Origin: Batkoa obscura | Taxonomy: Eukaryota | Assembly: GCA_030770535.1 (NCBI GenBank) | Contig: JASVEC010000120.1 | Location: 1-47,347 of the forward strand | Length of the DNA: 47,347 nucleotides | Direction of reading: 5' to 3' | In this document: positions 1 to 12,766 of the stretch, piece by piece | Layout: every line of letters begins with the position of its first letter | How positions within the stretch are numbered: the first letter of the stretch is position 1 | Position numbers and translations under genes: made by a program | Notes under the pieces: generated by a model | Told to the model about the DNA's origin: nothing | Seen by the model: the letters and a program-made list of their open reading frames with translations, nothing else | The model's database searches: none

Positions 1-1
1 T

Positions 2-173
2 AAGAACGTTGACCTAGCTACTGCTTTATCTCTTAGATCATTCAAATATTTACTGTATATCATCCTTCTACTTTTATTTAATATATATATATTATCTGAT
101 GAATATTTACTATCATTATTTTTTTTATTAAATCTTGATGGAATTATTTGAATCATTTAGTAAATATTGTATG
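2..173 (-). repeat. Inverted copy of transposase-relic segment 883-1054, ending at the left end of the element at 173
   Basis: 2-173 reads as the reverse complement of 883-1054 with no indel visible by eye; truncated by the window start. Confidence 0.9.
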
Positions 174-1915
174 GGGCTGCCCTAGTTGGTTTCAGAATTT
201 ATTTAGAAATTAATCCAAATTTAAAAATTTTAAATTTGTGTCTAATATGATGGTTAAATCTAAAAAGCCTATAATTAAATCTCTCTATTCAAAACTTATT
301 CTTTGTTCAAATAAAAATAAAATGCAGACTTTCATAACTAAACTTTCGAAATGGAATTTTTCAAAATTTCAATACAATATTAATATAGGGGAGGAGTAGT
401 ACACAATATAAACATTATAATTCATTTATATCAATTTTAAGAGCTACCTATACCAACCCAGGGTTTATGGAATTTTACAATAAAACGAAACAAAGAAAAG
501 ATATATTATCAAAGTTTACTATCAATACATAATAATAAACTTAATCAACAATGTATAAAAATTAGTGTTTTGAGGGAAACAGGAAATAAAAATCAACAAG
601 TAGCGTTATTATCAACTATAGCTTCAGTATATTCTTTTGATGAATGTAAGAGTTTTAGGTTTAATATAAACAGAAATCAATATATGGTGGTGTTTTTTTT
701 GGGTTTATCACTTTTCCATTTTTAAGCGCTATTTGAGTGAGAAATTTATTAGTAAAATTCTTAAACACAAAAATACATCCCCATATGATTATTCAAAAAT
801 AAGTAATAATAATAAAATATCAACATTACAACCTATTATTAAAAATACAAAAAAAAATTAAAGATGACCAAATTGAAACTATCATACAATATTTACTAAA
901 TGATTCAAATAATTCCATCAAGATTTAATAAAAAAAATAATGATAGTAAATATTCATCAGATAATATATATATATTAAATAAAAGTAGAAGGATGATATA
1001 CAGTAAATATTTGAATGATCTAAGAGATAAAGCAGTAGCTAGGTCAACGTTCTTTAAATATATACCAAGTAATTTCAAAAATGCAGCAAGAAAAACGGAT
1101 CTATGTAATATATGTGCCCAGTATACAGTATACAGTTAGGAAAAAGTTATTTGAAAATAAAATAAATACAGCAATAAAAAACAAAGTACAGATAGAAGGA
1201 ATTCTCAAAGAAAAACTATACAAATTACATAAATTCTGTACTGATACTCAAAAAAATACACTTAATGAAACTATTAAAAAATTAAATAACAAAAGTTGTA
1301 TAATAACTAGCTTTTAAACAAAGATACAAAAAGGATATTAAAGATACAAAATGTTAAGAAATATTTACACTTTGTTAAACATAACAATAAACTACATTGT
1401 TATCCAGTATCGATACATCAAAAAAAAAGCGACATAGTTCCAATTAAAGTTATAGAGTCTATAGAAAACAGAAAAATTAAAAGATCGATCCCAGCTTACC
1501 TTACAAAGATAACAGACAATTTAAAAATTTCGATATTTACTAAGCAAGTAGTTTGTTGAATGATAGAAATATATTATTAAGTGTTAAGATTACTTAAGCT
1601 ATTAGTAGCTAAGTTAATAAATAGTCAAAGAACAAGTAGCTGTGGTAATATGTAAAAACTATTATTACTTGTACTATATAGGGATAGTTAATTATAGTTT
1701 TAAGGCTAATCGCTCCTTCCCATGTAGCTATTTGTCAACTTGGGAATATATTAATAATGTAATTATAACATTAAAATAGTTTATTTATTTGATAACAAAT
1801 CTGAAATGTTGGTTATAAAGTAGTCAATAATAAATATTTCTCAATAAAGTTTTATAAGAATATGTATTTAAGATCTAATAGAAATTCAAACTAACTTATG
1901 GGATAAACTATAATA
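173..1915 (+). mobile_element. Decayed Sola-like DNA transposon, copy A (left terminus, N-terminal/Cys region, catalytic core deleted, C-terminal part)
   Basis: Starts GGGGCTGCCCTAGTTGGTTTC, an imperfect inverted match to the end at 22771; ORF fragments STFFKYIP...RKTDLCNIC (900-1139) and KSCIITSF (1081-1317); ~1340-1910 is homologous to ~22120-22690. Confidence 0.75.
686..782. mobile_element. ~97-bp MITE inside transposon copy A
   Basis: GGTGGTG...CATCCCC, flanked by ATAT on both sides. Confidence 0.85.
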
Positions 1916-1920
1916 CATAT

Positions 1921-2434
1921 GTGGATATGTTTTTTTGTTTAAGAATTGTTAGTAAAATTCTTAAAGAGTGTAGAGGTATCGCTTTGTCAGCTTCATGACT
2001 GAATATAGTATAACATCACTTAAGTCGTTGTGTTCTTGAGTTCAGGCACAATCAGTCCCGATTCTCTTATTTTAATTTGGTATAAGAATTTTCTACCATG
2101 CAATTCCTAAAGACATTTGTCTTTCCGTTTTGATATCCATACTTGTTGAAGCGTAAAAGAAAATTTAAAACAGTAACTCGAGACTTTTTAACTAAGTCAT
2201 TCCCTGATATTGTACCTTTAATAAAGCCATTAAATTTTTCTGATAGTATTTTACGTAGGTTTTACAGTAGTATTGCCTATTCTATCTATCTTATATAGTT
2301 TCTAGGGTATTACATGCTATTCTTCATAATTCAAGTTTATCTTAGTCATATAAACCAAGACCTTTCGACTTATGGCTAGTCAATCAAGTAAGAACTGCTG
2401 AATGCCAGATCTTATAACACAAAAATACATCTCC
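1921..2434. mobile_element. Partly deleted MITE split by a solo LTR
   Basis: MITE sequence AGTAAAATTCTTAA before 1969 resumes as ACACAAAAATACATCTCC after 2416. Confidence 0.65.
1969..2416 (+). mobile_element. Diverged solo LTR of the ~460-bp family
   Basis: Shares ATCGCTTTGTCAG, AATAAAGCC, AAGACCTTTCGACT and CCAGAT blocks with the other four copies; termini and TSD are degenerate (AGAG/ACAC). Confidence 0.7.
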
Positions 2435-2654
2435 AATATTATTTTTTTAAAACTCCCCAGTAGTGATAAAGAAATTTCAATATTATATAAACGCTTTAAA
2501 AAACATCCCTGTATTATTGTCCAACTACCTGATAAATTAGAAAAAAGCTACATAGTTCTAATTAAAGTTATGAGGTTTATAAAAAATTAATTGTTAAATG
2601 ATACCATCATTTAAGTTATTAATAACTAAGGTAATAAACGATTAAAAAGTATGT

Positions 2655-2856
2655 GGGGATATTTTTTTTGTTTTTACCACTTTTCCGTTTTTTAAACGGG
2701 GGTGTTTTTTTGTGTTTAAGAATTTTATTAACAATCTTTCCACTCAAATAGTGCTTAAAAAATGGAAAAAATAATGAAATAAAAAAAAACACTCCCAAAC
2801 ACTATTTTTGAGTAAAAAGATTGTTGGTAGAGTTCTTAAACAAAAAAATACATCAT
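2655..2856. mobile_element. MITE containing a second MITE (2698-2796) in opposite orientation
   Basis: Inner copy GGGGGTG...ACTCCC is flanked by AAAC on both sides; removing it restores the outer MITE. Confidence 0.85.
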
Positions 2857-2874
2857 GTAATTATAATAGGTAAA

Positions 2875-3331
2875 AATTATTATTATATTATTTATATTAT
2901 ATAAAAATAGTTAATTGTAGCTTTGAAGCTAGTTATTCCCTCCTTTATACATCTATTTATTGGCTTAATAATATTACATTAATAATGTGATTATAATAAA
3001 ATTATTTAATAACAAATCTGCAATATGACTATGAGACAGCTAGTAATAAATATTTCATAATAAAGTTTTACAGAAATACATATTTATTATATACCACAAC
3101 TTTAATCAATATCAATATATGAGTTATATTAGTAAAAGCCCTATTGATCTGGGAATTTCTATTAAATTCAGTAAAAATTCTGTTAACTTGTATAAATTAA
3201 AAAAATAATCTAAACTATATCAGATATTTCTGCTTTTCAAAGAATTTGTTTTTATAAAGTTTTAACCAGTTTTTAAAATATTTTACATTATAAAACTGGA
3301 TAGAAAAATAAAATTAATTCAAGCATCCTTA
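2875..3331 (+). mobile_element. Older right-end fragment of the Sola-like transposon
   Basis: Homologous to 22435-22771 and (reverse) 15007-15430; ends AATTAATTCAAGCATCCTT-ATAT, a decayed right terminus. Confidence 0.6.
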
Positions 3332-3365
3332 TATAGCACATATTTATTCTCTAAATTACATATAT

Positions 3366-3461
3366 GGTAATGTTTTTTGTCTTCATTGCTTTTTTCATTT
3401 TCAAGCACTATTTGAGCAAAAAGATTGTTAGTAAAATTCTTAAACAAAAAAATACATCCTC
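3366..3461. mobile_element. MITE
   Basis: Family consensus, ATAT flanks. Confidence 0.85.
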
Positions 3462-3885
3462 ATATACTAAATATTAGTATAGATTAATAGTAATTTGTTC
3501 AACCAAATTTATGGTACTTTAGAAATCTTGATAGTTTTTTCAAAAAAGTCTAAGGAGAATTTTTTGAGCTTTATTGTTCCAATATCTTTAATTAGAAAAA
3601 AATCATATTATTTGGGGGACGAATCATTTATAATATTTTATTTGTTTCTAAGTATTTTCTTTTTTTAGTCATAACTTTGAAGCTGCCCCTAGTACCTAGA
3701 AATAATCTATGTAATATTTATTATACTTTTAAAATTAAGGGAAATTAAGATTTACCATTCAATACTATACAGTTTAAGTTTAATAATTCAAGTGTAAGTA
3801 AGCTGATAGCTTTAATTTAATAAAAACGCGTTGAAACAATTTAAAGTTTTAATTTAATTAAACAAAATTTGTTTATATTATTTAT

Positions 3886-4482
3886 TTAATTGATGCTACA
3901 TGATTTCTTGGATTTTGTTTTATTTTTTAGTGAGAAATGAAAGGGGCAACTGGTTGTTGGTTTTATAGCTTCTTTGTAATTCCTTCGTTCTAGTTCATTT
4001 AGCCCTGTTACGTCTTCCCTTGTTTCTTCTACCAAATGTAAAATCTCACGTATTGCTACATTGTCAACTTTTTGATGCTTCATTGCATTTAATAAGTTTT
4101 CAACAAAGGCATCAAAATGCTCGTTTGATAGCCCACCTAATCTCCGATGTGCCTTTCTCATTGATCTTTGATTGTAAGGCTTTCCGCCTAGTAAGCCAAC
4201 TAAAAAATTTATCAACATTTGCTCAAATCGGTATATCATTGTAAAATCAAAAAAGGTATTGATTCGTACATCTTGCACATGGTATTGGTATACTCTTTTA
4301 GCTAATTCCTTTATACCTTCAATTCCGCCTAGATCAAGATAATATTTGTGCTTCATTGCCTTCTTCAATAGTAAGTCAAAGTTGCTTAGCTTTTCATATC
4401 CTTCATCATCTAAATTTATTATTATTATATTTTGATTATCTCTTTTCGAAATCTCTTGTTCCTTGGGTGTTATTTGATTCAT
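3886..4482 (-). CDS. Group I truncated (2/2) hemoglobin with N- and C-terminal extensions
   Basis: LGG, Y(B10), D-RI--FF, FL---LGG--Y, MR-AH (proximal His) and L--EHFD motifs of trHbN/GlbN; first ATG at 4482; intronless. Confidence 0.9.
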   Translation of the reverse strand: MNQITPKEQEISKRDNQNIIIINLDDEGYEKLSNFDLLLKKAMKHKYYLDLGGIEGIKELAKRVYQYHVQDVRINTFFDFTMIYRFEQMLINFLVGLLGGKPYNQRSMRKAHRRLGGLSNEHFDAFVENLLNAMKHQKVDNVAIREILHLVEETREDVTGLNELERRNYKEAIKPTTSCPFHFSLKNKTKSKKSCSIN

Positions 4483-5922
4483 ATTCAAAGGTATTAATTT
4501 TTTTTCTTTTACTTTTATATTATTAAATGGGTTTTAAGGGGGAAACCTTATATATTTTTTTCATGTCCCCCAAAATTTTAAATCACAGGATGTTCTATTG
4601 ATTTTATTTAAATTAATTGATTTTGTTAAGACCTTATATAAATATAATTTTTGGTTTTGCTATAAAAGAACTATTTTAAGCTAATATTTGAGTCGGAATT
4701 TCCTATTATGAAATTATAGCGTTATAGTAATATAATAGAAAGGTATTTCAGAAGGAATGCGATTCTTTTGTTAACTTTAATTTCAAAAACAAGATAATCA
4801 TTGTGATTACTATTATACTTAGGGGATTTGTATTAAATCAAGAATTGAATTTTACATTACTTTATAAAATGTAATTAACTCTATCTATTGGATAATATAA
4901 ACACTAATTTCTTTAACATTTATGACATTGTGAATTTTAAATTAATGTAAATTAACATACAGAAGCTTTAAAAATATGATTGCTTCATAGTCTTTAAACT
5001 TTTCTATAATAAAAATTTATTTTTATCAAAGTTAATTTGATACAATGGTCTTACCTTCAAATTTCACTAGTTTTTGTGTTGGTTTAGCCTCAACTTATAA
5101 TATTCTCTTCGGAAAGTAGTATTCAAAAAGTCTTTTTGAAATACAAATATTATATTAGCTCCTGGGTTATTCACTCTTTCTATTCTACATTCTGAGCCTA
5201 ATTCGTCCTAACTTCACCTAACACTATTACCCCCTTCTAGGTGCCTAGATAAACTTATACAAGACTGAGTTTAAAGCAGGGAAGTTAATCTTATTTAGAT
5301 CCAAAGTAGATACTTGTGAACTTTGATTATCTCCTACTTTCTTTTACCTTATAGATCTCATAACTCCTATTCATCCTTCTTTCATCTAGCTTCATTTTGG
5401 TTTCATAAATAAAACACTTGAGTTATTCCCTTTCAAGGTTTAAAAAAATACGATAGTACTCATATAATAGATTGTTTGATTCAAATATAGTAAGCTGCCA
5501 AAAAGCTATTTTTTGAGAAGGCTCGAAATAGGTATACAACTTTCCTTCTAATTAGTAGTGAATGATTTCAGATAAAAGGATGGAAGTAATAAGTAAAATG
5601 TGTAAGTAATGGTTGATAGCCAATGGTTGTTTAACATATTTTTGAATAAGCTGTTTTTTAAATGTAAGCTGACATCTTGGGGTTATTTAAAAAATATAAT
5701 ACATTTAATTTATTTTTGATTGCCCATCTTTATGGAAAGTTTAGCTTAAAAACCTAACTTATTAAACTTGTTAATTTTAAAAAAAATCGAAAGGGCTTAA
5801 GTCCCAATTGATTTATTAGTATTATAAATGTTTGTTAAATGATATTATTTAATTTTCACATTGAGTTTTTAAAGTCAAAACCAAATGAAACGCTTAATTT
5901 GAACTATTTTTAAACGGTATTA

Positions 5923-6014
5923 GGGAGTGTTTTTTTGACTTCATTCCTTTTTCCATCTTTTAAGCCCTATTTGAGCGGAAAGATTGTTAGTAAAATTCTT
6001 AAAAATACATCCTC
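5923..6014. mobile_element. MITE
   Basis: GGGAGTG...CATCCTC flanked by ATTA on both sides. Confidence 0.85.
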
Positions 6015-6307
6015 ATTATATTATAAAAGCTTTAGATGAAAATAACAGTAAGTAGGATAAAGTTTGTGATCTTAGTTAAACCTTTGACTTTAACCTAATT
6101 AATGCTTAATACTATATTTGATATAATGTGGGTTTATAGTAATTTACTTTGATGAATCATTGCTTTTATTACATATAATTGGATAAAATTAAATGTAAAC
6201 TGTATATATATGTTAATTATTCAAAAGTTCATAAGGCTTATGGAAAGGAAGTCCAAAATAAGATTATAAAAGCTTCAAATTGAATTAAACTGAGTTAAAT
6301 AAAAACA

Positions 6308-7198
6308 ATGGGATCAAGATATAATACCCAAGCTAAAGTTCAATACGCAATAAATGATGGAACTGTTATTGCTGAGGTAGAGAAACAGGGAGATGTTTAC
6401 ATCATGAATCTTGTAAATAAAGATAATCGATTGACTCCAGTAACGATTCCTGTGTTGATTAAGGCGATGGATGAAATTGAACAAGATTTTTTAAGCGTAC
6501 GTAAAGAAAACAGAAAAGGACGAAAAAGAAACTGTTGGTGCAGCTTTAGTGACAATTGGAAATGGACATATTTACTCAAATGGTTTAGATTTTGCTTTGA
6601 TAATGTCTGGTCAAATAAGTACGATTGATTTTTTTGAAAACTATTACCATAAACTTTGTTTAAGAATTTTAACTCTTCCTTTCCCAACTGTTGCAGCCAT
6701 TAATGGGCATGCGTTTGCTGGCGGGATGGTATTTTATGTATATTTTAATATACTTTATCTAATTTAATTTAGATGTTCGCTTTGAGTCATGATTATAGAG
6801 TAATGAGAGATGATCGTGGCTTTTTATGCATGGTAAGATTAATTAAGATAATTTGAATATAAAATGACACCACATAATAGCCAGAAGTTGATTTACCCGG
6901 TGCTTTATCTCCAGGCATGTTATCTATCCTTAAAACTTCAATTCCTAATAAGGTAGATCTAAGAGACATTATTTTACAAGGTAAAAGGTTTGCTGCAAAA
7001 GAAGCATATCATAGAGGTATTGTTGACGCTACAGCTTCTGAAGATAAAGTACTTGAAACTGCAATCGGAATTGCCAATAAATGGTCTGGAAAAGTAGTTA
7101 AGAGCAAAGATATTTATAAGTTCCTCCGTTTAGAATTAAGAAGTGAAACTATTGAACTTCTTAAAAATGGTGGCTTAGGATTTATTCCCAAACTTTAA
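6308..7198 (+). CDS. Crotonase-family enoyl-CoA delta-isomerase/hydratase, probably peroxisomal; frameshift in exon 1
   Basis: YSNGLD, PTVAAINGHAFAGG, HDYRVMR-DRGFLCMPEVD; introns 6729-6772 and 6833-6880; C-terminal PKL; frame break near 6505-6530. Confidence 0.85.
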
Positions 7199-7250
7199 GT
7201 TTATTTTCAAATTAAAACTTCAAAGCTGTCTTTTAATATTTATTTTTAAT

Positions 7251-8047
7251 TTAATCAAGTAAGTTCACAATATCTGTGGATGGAGTTTTTTCATTAGTAT
7301 TATCAGTTAAGCTCATATTTGATTCCTCAACCTCTTCATCAAATAAAGGATTGTTGAATAAATAGGTTAAATCTGGTAACGTCTCTAATATACTTTTGGC
7401 CTGGGGAGAAAAATCTTCTAAAGAGACACCTTTTTTTGCTTACAATAAATTTAGTACTATAAAAAAATAAAACTTAAATAAAGCTTTACATATACTGATA
7501 CCAGGGTGACTATAGGTGTTTGTTGCTAACAAAATCTCTGGCACTTTTTTTTTTGCTTTTTTTCCTTTTATAAAATCATATTCATAACTCCATTTTGGTA
7601 AAAGTGGTTTTGAAGAACGAAGGCGTGTCTAAACTAATTTAAAAAGTTACTATATCAATTCAAGAAACAGTTACTTGAGATTTTTCAATTATCCCATTAG
7701 CTTCTAAAAACATTTTTTCACTTTTTGAGTTTGTCCATGGGAATGGTGCTCTAGTCCGTGGTTTTGATTCATACAATTCTTTTTCTAACTTCCTAAAAGA
7801 GATAAGATAAAATGTTAAAAACTACATAACTTACTTTACTATAGGATTTAAGTTATCTAAATTAATGCTTGATTTCATGATCATTTTTTCAATATCTTCT
7901 CTTTTTATTAAAGGAATATCATGCCCGTTTGGTACATAACATATCCTAGTCAAACATTCCTCGAATTCGGTTATCGTATTCTAAATTTTAATCAGAACTT
8001 TATATTTCTAATTCTATGTTAAACACTACTTCATTATCTAAATTCAT
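7251..8047 (-). CDS. Predicted 202-aa five-exon protein with aftiphilin/Laa2-like motifs
   Basis: Exons 8047-8030, 7980-7835, 7792-7675, 7628-7490 and 7438-7251 splice in frame at GT-AG; motifs FPWTNSKSEKMFLEANGI and AKSILETLPDLTYL. Confidence 0.7.
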
Positions 8048-8946
8048 ATTTAAAAAAAGTTGAAAGTTATTTTGAATGATTTTTTAAATTTAGGTTCCAA
8101 AAACTATATTTCATAATAAAAAATCAGTCTATTCACATTTTGATAATAATAGCCCTATAGCTTAGTGTACTCAATTGTTGAGGCGATTGTCATTTTTAGC
8201 TTCATGATAGAGTGATATAAAATGAATTGTTATTTACGTATATATTAGAAATAAATTCCATGAATAGTGTGTATATTGTTTTTCAAAAGTATAGACATAT
8301 TTTATAAGATATGATTTTTCTAAGAAAATAGAATGGTTTGTTCATTGTTACTTCTTTTTCAAGCTAATTTAACTTATAGTTAAGACACTTCGACTAAATA
8401 TAGTTTGTAGTAGTTTTGTATATTAGTCTAAAGGGTTTCTATAGCTTTTATAATGATTATGGTTTAAAAAAATGAAATCTTTTGAAGTCTATATGACTAA
8501 AGCAGGGCATAAGTGCAAACGTTTTATTCAATGTTCTGTATGTAAATTTCTGAACGTATAATCTTTTTAATCTATCCTATTCAATACAAAAATGTTTAGT
8601 TGTCTAAATATAAGTAATATCGAAGTTTAAGGAAAATAACTATATTTTTTGAACAGATATAATATTATAATATTTTTATTAGTTGTTTTCAAAAATAATT
8701 TTAGTTTTAATAAAGCAAAATCCTTATTTTGAGTATTTTTGAAGGTTCTTTTGTTAACAAATCACAGTCATGAATGAGGACAAATTCATGTCATTTTTAA
8801 CCTTCATTGGCTCTTTTTAGGAAGTAAAATTTTTATCATAGTAACAACTATGCAAGTTGTAAGATATCTTGCCAAGCTGATTAGTTTTTACTGCTTGATT
8901 CTTTAACTATTTTGTTAAAAATTATTTTACTATAGTGATTAAAGAA

Positions 8947-10013
8947 ATGTCTGATATTGAGGATAGCATATATGACGAGCGTAAGAGAACTCATGATGAA
9001 GATGATGAAATTTATAACACTAGGGATTATTCTTATGAAACAACACGTAATGTTAAGAGGCCAACTTTGAATAACACAGAGAAAGAGACAAGAGAGAAGG
9101 TTTTTTCATTTCGCTGTTTATTAAATGTAAAAGAGTCTGGGGTAATTATAGGTAGACATGGGAAAAGTATTTCCGAGTTGAGAGATAATTCAAGAGCAAA
9201 AATACAAATATCTGATTCAGTTCCTGGTTCTTCAGAAAGGATATTGACAGTCACTGGAGATTCAAGAAATGTTGCAAAGGTAGATTCTTTTTATAACCAT
9301 TTAGCATATTAATGAGCTTATTTTAGGCATTCAAATTGCTTGCAGAGCATATTCCTTTTGAATTGGAAAAAGAAAGGAGTAGGCTTGCCATTTATAGTTT
9401 TCGTTTATTAATGCCTCATATGCGTATGGGGGTTATTATTGGGAAAGGTGGAAGTACTATAAAAGAAATGCAAGATAGGACAAGGGCTAGATTAAGTGCT
9501 AACGAGGAAATTCTACCTCAATCAACTGAAAGAATTTTATCTGTTTCCGGTTCCCCAAATAATGTAGAAGCAGGGATCCTGGAAATATGCAGAGTATTAA
9601 GAGAATTACCTGAACGTTCTTCAGGAGTTATATATTATAAGCCAACTAGTCAAAGCAGTATTAATGAACCATCCAGCTCAAATGATAATACTTTTTCTCA
9701 TCAAAATTTTATGGCAAGTGACTCTACTTTTGGTGACGACGGCTCCGGAAAACCTCCGACGCATATCCAACAGCTTTATATCCCAAATGAAATGGTAGGG
9801 TGTATTATTGGCAAAGGTGGCAATAAAATAAACGAAATAAGAATGCTATCAGGAGCAAATATAAAAGTAGCCGATCAGCCAACCAACTCGAATGAAAGAT
9901 TAGTTACCATACTTGGTACGCCCGAATGTAATGGCTTAGCTTTAAATCTTTTATATACACGTCTAGAAACCGAAAAAGTAAAGGTATTCAAAGAAATCAA
10001 CCAAGATAAGTAG
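8947..10013 (+). CDS. Triple KH-domain RNA-binding protein (PCBP/Pbp2/Hek2/Rnc1 family)
   Basis: Three IIG-xG KH loops (IIGRHG, IIGKGG, IIGKGG); intron 9280-9326. Confidence 0.92.
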
Positions 10014-10430
10014 TCATGTTATTAAAGTAAACAAAGGCAGTGGTGATGAGTATACTATTTAGAGTCGCTTGCTTAATAAAATGAAGCCCTCTAAACTCGT
10101 CTTATATTTTTAATTGAATAAATTATCTTTTACATTATATTTAATTCTTAAATATAATACATATAGAGGGGTATTAATTCAAATTAAATAATCGGTTTTT
10201 GTTTTTTTAAATATATTCAATATATTTCTAAGTTTATATTCCTTATTAATACTTTTAAATATTAACAAACGTCACCTTGAAATATTAATTGGAGACCGAA
10301 TTGAAATAGAGTATTCCAAGCTTATGTTAATTATAGTATTAAATGTAGTAACTGTGTAGAAAATGATTGGTTAACACGTTTATAGTTTAATAAGTTTAAT
10401 TTGATTCTAATCATTATATTTCTTCATAAA

Positions 10431-12237
10431 ATGAATTTTAACAATATTTTATTGTTTTTTATATGCTTATTGCCAAATCTACTTCTATCTGATGAATATG
10501 ACCATAAAGTAAATAGGTTTTTTGTATATTGAATATCAATTCTAACTATATTAGTACAAAAAAGGAGATGAAGTAATAGTTTGGGCTAATGTGGTTGGGC
10601 CATATGATAATAACCAAGAAACATATCCATATTTTAGCTTACCTTACTGTAAAAAAAAAGATGTTATTCAATACAAAGATGAAAATATGGGAGAGGCCTT
10701 ATTAGGGTATGATTATGCAAAATTAGGAGTGTCTATAAAATTTTTACAAAATATCGAAAAAAGTGATATCTGTAGTTTAGAATCAATTCCTGAAAAAGAC
10801 ATAAAGCATTTCCAATACGTGATTTCAAAAAATTATTGGTACGATATGGCACTAGATGGGGTGTCTTCTAGAGCTCCAGTTGGACAAGAAGTTAAAGAAG
10901 GAGAAGAAAGTACATTCCTTTACACCCACAGAGATTTTATCATTTACTATAACGAAAATAGAATAGTCGGATTTAAAATAAACGCAACAAATCCAGTAGA
11001 AATAAAGCAAGATATATCTATAATAAAATTCACCTATGGGGCAACTTTTGTCGAAAACAAAGAAATCAGCTTTGAGAATAGATTATTCCACTCTGATAAT
11101 GTAGACGGGGAGCACAAAATTCGATGGTTAGCTGTTGGTAATTCATTTTTAATAGTTTTATTTTTAACTGGGTTAGTATCTGTTATTTTAATGAGAACTT
11201 TGCGTAAGGATTTTGCCAGATATGGCAAAGGTGAAGATGAAGCTGATTTAGGTATTAATGGATTGGATATAATAGATGATTATGGATGGAAACAAGTTCA
11301 TGGGGATGTCTTCAGACCACCAAAATTTTTGATGATACTATCTTCATTACTTGGGATGGGAACTCAACTTTTAGGAGTAACTGTAACAGTGATTTTATTT
11401 ACAATTATTGGAGGTCTTTCATTCGACAGGACCAAAATGCTCACTGCTGGTATATTCTTATATTCTTTCCTAGCCATAAGTTCAGGTTATATCAGCATCC
11501 GCTTTTATACTAATTATGAAGGACGAAACTGGACAAGGTGTGCTTTACTAAGTGCTTCTCTATTTCCATTTATAGTAGGAATTGTCTCTTCTGTGATAAA
11601 CACTATTGCTATAGTAGATGGTTCATCTAGGGCAGTGCCTTTTTTGACTATACTCAGTTTATTCTGTACATGGCTTTTCTTATCTGTTCCTTTAACTCTA
11701 TTGGGTGGCATTTTAGGCAAAAAATCTGGCTCGGCTTCACATTTTCCATGTAGGGTAAACGCTCTACCACGTCCTATACCTGTTAAGCCATGGTATTTTG
11801 AGCCAACTATTTTAATATTATGTTCTGGTATCCTTCCCTTTGGTTCACTATTTATTGAACTATATTACATATTTCGTTCATTCTGGTCTTACCAATCTTA
11901 CTATCTTTATGGCTTCTTTTTACTCTCGTTTATTTTACTTTTGATTGTTACTTCTTGCTGTGGTCTTGTAATCACCTATATTCATATAAACAATGAGGAT
12001 CACCGCTGGCACTGGTTATCGTTTTTATCTGGTGCTTCAACTGCTATCTACATTTATATTTATGCCATTTATTACTTCCATGCAAAAACTAAAATGTATG
12101 GGTCTTTTCAAACAGGATTTTATTTTGGGAATCTTCTTCTAAGTTGTATTGCATTATCGTCTGTTTTAGGAACAGTATCATATTATACAAGTTCATTATT
12201 TGTCAGAAAAATATTCTCAACAGTTAAGATTGACTAA
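10431..12237 (+). CDS. Transmembrane 9 superfamily (EMP70/nonaspanin) protein, TM9SF3-like
   Basis: Signal-peptide exon 10431-10508, intron 10509-10554; VGPY-N-QETY, GWKQVHGDVFRPP, GILPFG, ED-RW-W-SF, C-terminal KID. Confidence 0.95.
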
Positions 12238-12382
12238 TTTTTCTATTAGCCAATAAAGTATGGGTATCTTTTAAATTTAGTTTATTAATATTTATGGATT
12301 TAAAAATCATAACAAAATGTATACAAAATTTCAGGTTATTAGTTAAGAGTGTTAAGAATATACTAATATGTATTAACAATAT

Positions 12383-12480
12383 GAGGTCATTTTTTTGGTT
12401 TCATTACTTTTTCTATTTTTTGAGTGCCATTTGAGCGGAAAATCTATTAGTAAAATTCTTAAACAAAAGAACACATTCCG
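12383..12480. mobile_element. MITE between convergent TM9SF and P450 3' ends
   Basis: Family consensus, ATAT flanks. Confidence 0.8.
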
Positions 12481-12766
12481 ATATCGTGGCTCCAAGTCAT
12501 AAAGGCACTACAAATAATAAATGCTTTAAAAAAATTAAAAAAAATTATTATTTTGTATAATTGCAACTACATAGTAGCTGTTATTTAATATCAATCACGT
12601 AAAATAAAACTCTATTATTTATAAACAATTAAATCTTTATTTAATACTTTAAGAAGCTTCTATAAATTGGGTATTAATTGTTTAACTTGAACTAAAATTT
12701 ATAATTCAAGCAAATAAAACACAAACAATTGTCAAATATTAATAGTTAATCAAATAAGTTTTCCTT

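Noticed and set aside
2402..2590. Short ORFs overlapping MITEs/LTRs (also 16414-16608, 21132-21344, 39123-39335)
   Set aside because: Chance frames through non-coding repeats
5040..5440. Pyrimidine-rich unique segment as a second LTR family
   Set aside because: No second copy, termini or TSD found in the window
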